A stretch of 9,260 nt of DNA from positions 1 through 9,260 of the forward strand of contig JBJCIZ010000689.1 in the NCBI GenBank assembly GCA_051294375.1, written 5' to 3'. The first letter of the stretch is position 1. Every line of letters begins with the position of its first letter. The position numbers were made by a program, and so were the translations under genes. This document shows positions 8,390 to 9,260 of the stretch, one piece after another. The stretch is from Paraspadella gotoi (taxonomy: Eukaryota; Animalia; Chaetognatha). The notes below the pieces were generated by a model. That model was not told the origin of the DNA. It was given only the letters and a program-made list of their open reading frames with translations, and did not search any database.

Positions 8390-8818
8390 TCGCGGGAAGA
8401 ATGGAATCAATGACCATGCGGGAGAACTTCTTTTCTTTTTAAAATTTTTTTGTTTCAATCCATGAACAGACTCCGGTGTTAAAGTGGGTTAGGAGATTGG
8501 GGTAGAGATTAGGGCGAGGAGTGCAGTTAATGCATTAGGGGTTTCAAGGTTAAAAGTTACTTGTTTTAATGATTAAGTCATCAGGTCTTGGGCTTTTAGG
8601 TTAATGAATGAGTTTAAATTAGAGAATAGGGTTATGAGTTTAGTAAGAGTAATAGGATTAAAATGAAATTGGTATGAATCAATAGTAAAGAATATCGGGC
8701 ATTCAGTTAAATAAATAGGAGCTATCTTGTCCCTTTGACTTTGGACAGGGCTTTGGTGGTTTAGAGCCTCATCATCCTTACAAGATAATGAACAGGCATG
8801 ATCCCTGCAAGCTTTCAA
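8390..8818 (-). pseudogene. Possible N-terminal fragment of a non-LTR retrotransposon ORF1 (gag-like), frameshifted
   Basis: 81 aa ORF (PIFFTIDS...FNPITLTKLI...) with plausible continuations in other frames (PRPDDLIIKT, LETPNALTALL). A/C-rich strand bias; sits downstream of a structured leader. No diagnostic motif. Confidence 0.35.
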
Positions 8819-8831
8819 TCAAGACTCTCTC

Positions 8832-8988
8832 TCAGTCTATTTATTCACGTCCCAGTGGTCCCGGCTTCCCTATCAATGTAAATGGTATACGATATTAAGC
8901 CCCCCACGCCCTTAGACTAACCGCGCGAACTCACGCATTGGGGAAGAGTTCCGACGATCGCGCGGCCACCGGTCGTCTGCGCGCAGTC
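8832..8988 (-). ncRNA. Structured RNA element, putative retroelement 5' leader
   Basis: Seven nested stems in 157 nt, with G-U pairs that are possible only on the minus strand. Confidence 0.5.
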
Positions 8989-9148
8989 GCGTGGAGAATT
9001 TGCAGGTAGAGAAGGAAGGAGATGAAGGAATGAATGTTAAGGAAGAAGATTGAACCGAGAAAGGATGATTTTAAAAGGCAGGTGATGGAGCAGACCGACC
9101 TCCCACGAAACGGGATTTGGTGGAGGCGGATCGCGAGGGAAGCCTATT

Positions 9149-9260
9149 TGAGGGGGGGGGGGGGGTAGAAAAATGGGGGAGGGAGGGGGAGAGGAGGTTA
9201 GGAGAGAGGAATAGGAGAGCAGAGTGGGAGGGAATGAAAGGGAAGGGAGAGGGGGAGGGG
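9149..9260. repeat. G/A-rich polypurine low-complexity tract, runs off the window end
   Basis: A long G run followed by many GGG(G) blocks separated by A-rich spacers. Confidence 0.9.

Overview
Eukaryotic, probably invertebrate, repeat-rich DNA with no recognisable host gene. 1-~4823 (+) is the 3' part of a BEL/Pao LTR retrotransposon: end of the protease region, RT (MYVDD), Pao RNase H, integrase, DUF5641-like tail, a ~500 bp 3' UTR and a candidate 416 bp 3' LTR (TGTAA...TTACA). The pol frame is broken by stops and frameshifts. The rest is a mosaic: a ~520 bp AT-rich foldback element (5208-5730), a probable decayed minus-strand LINE, two divergently oriented tRNA-headed SINE-like elements (6587-6738 -, ~7015-7260 +), a second foldback element (~7473-7949), and a possible minus-strand retroelement 5' end with a highly structured GC-rich leader (8832-8988). 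The best leads are a twister-ribozyme-like core inside the plus-strand SINE (7122-7206) and the structured, possibly pseudoknotted leader RNA. All calls were made by eye; no searches or folding programs were run.
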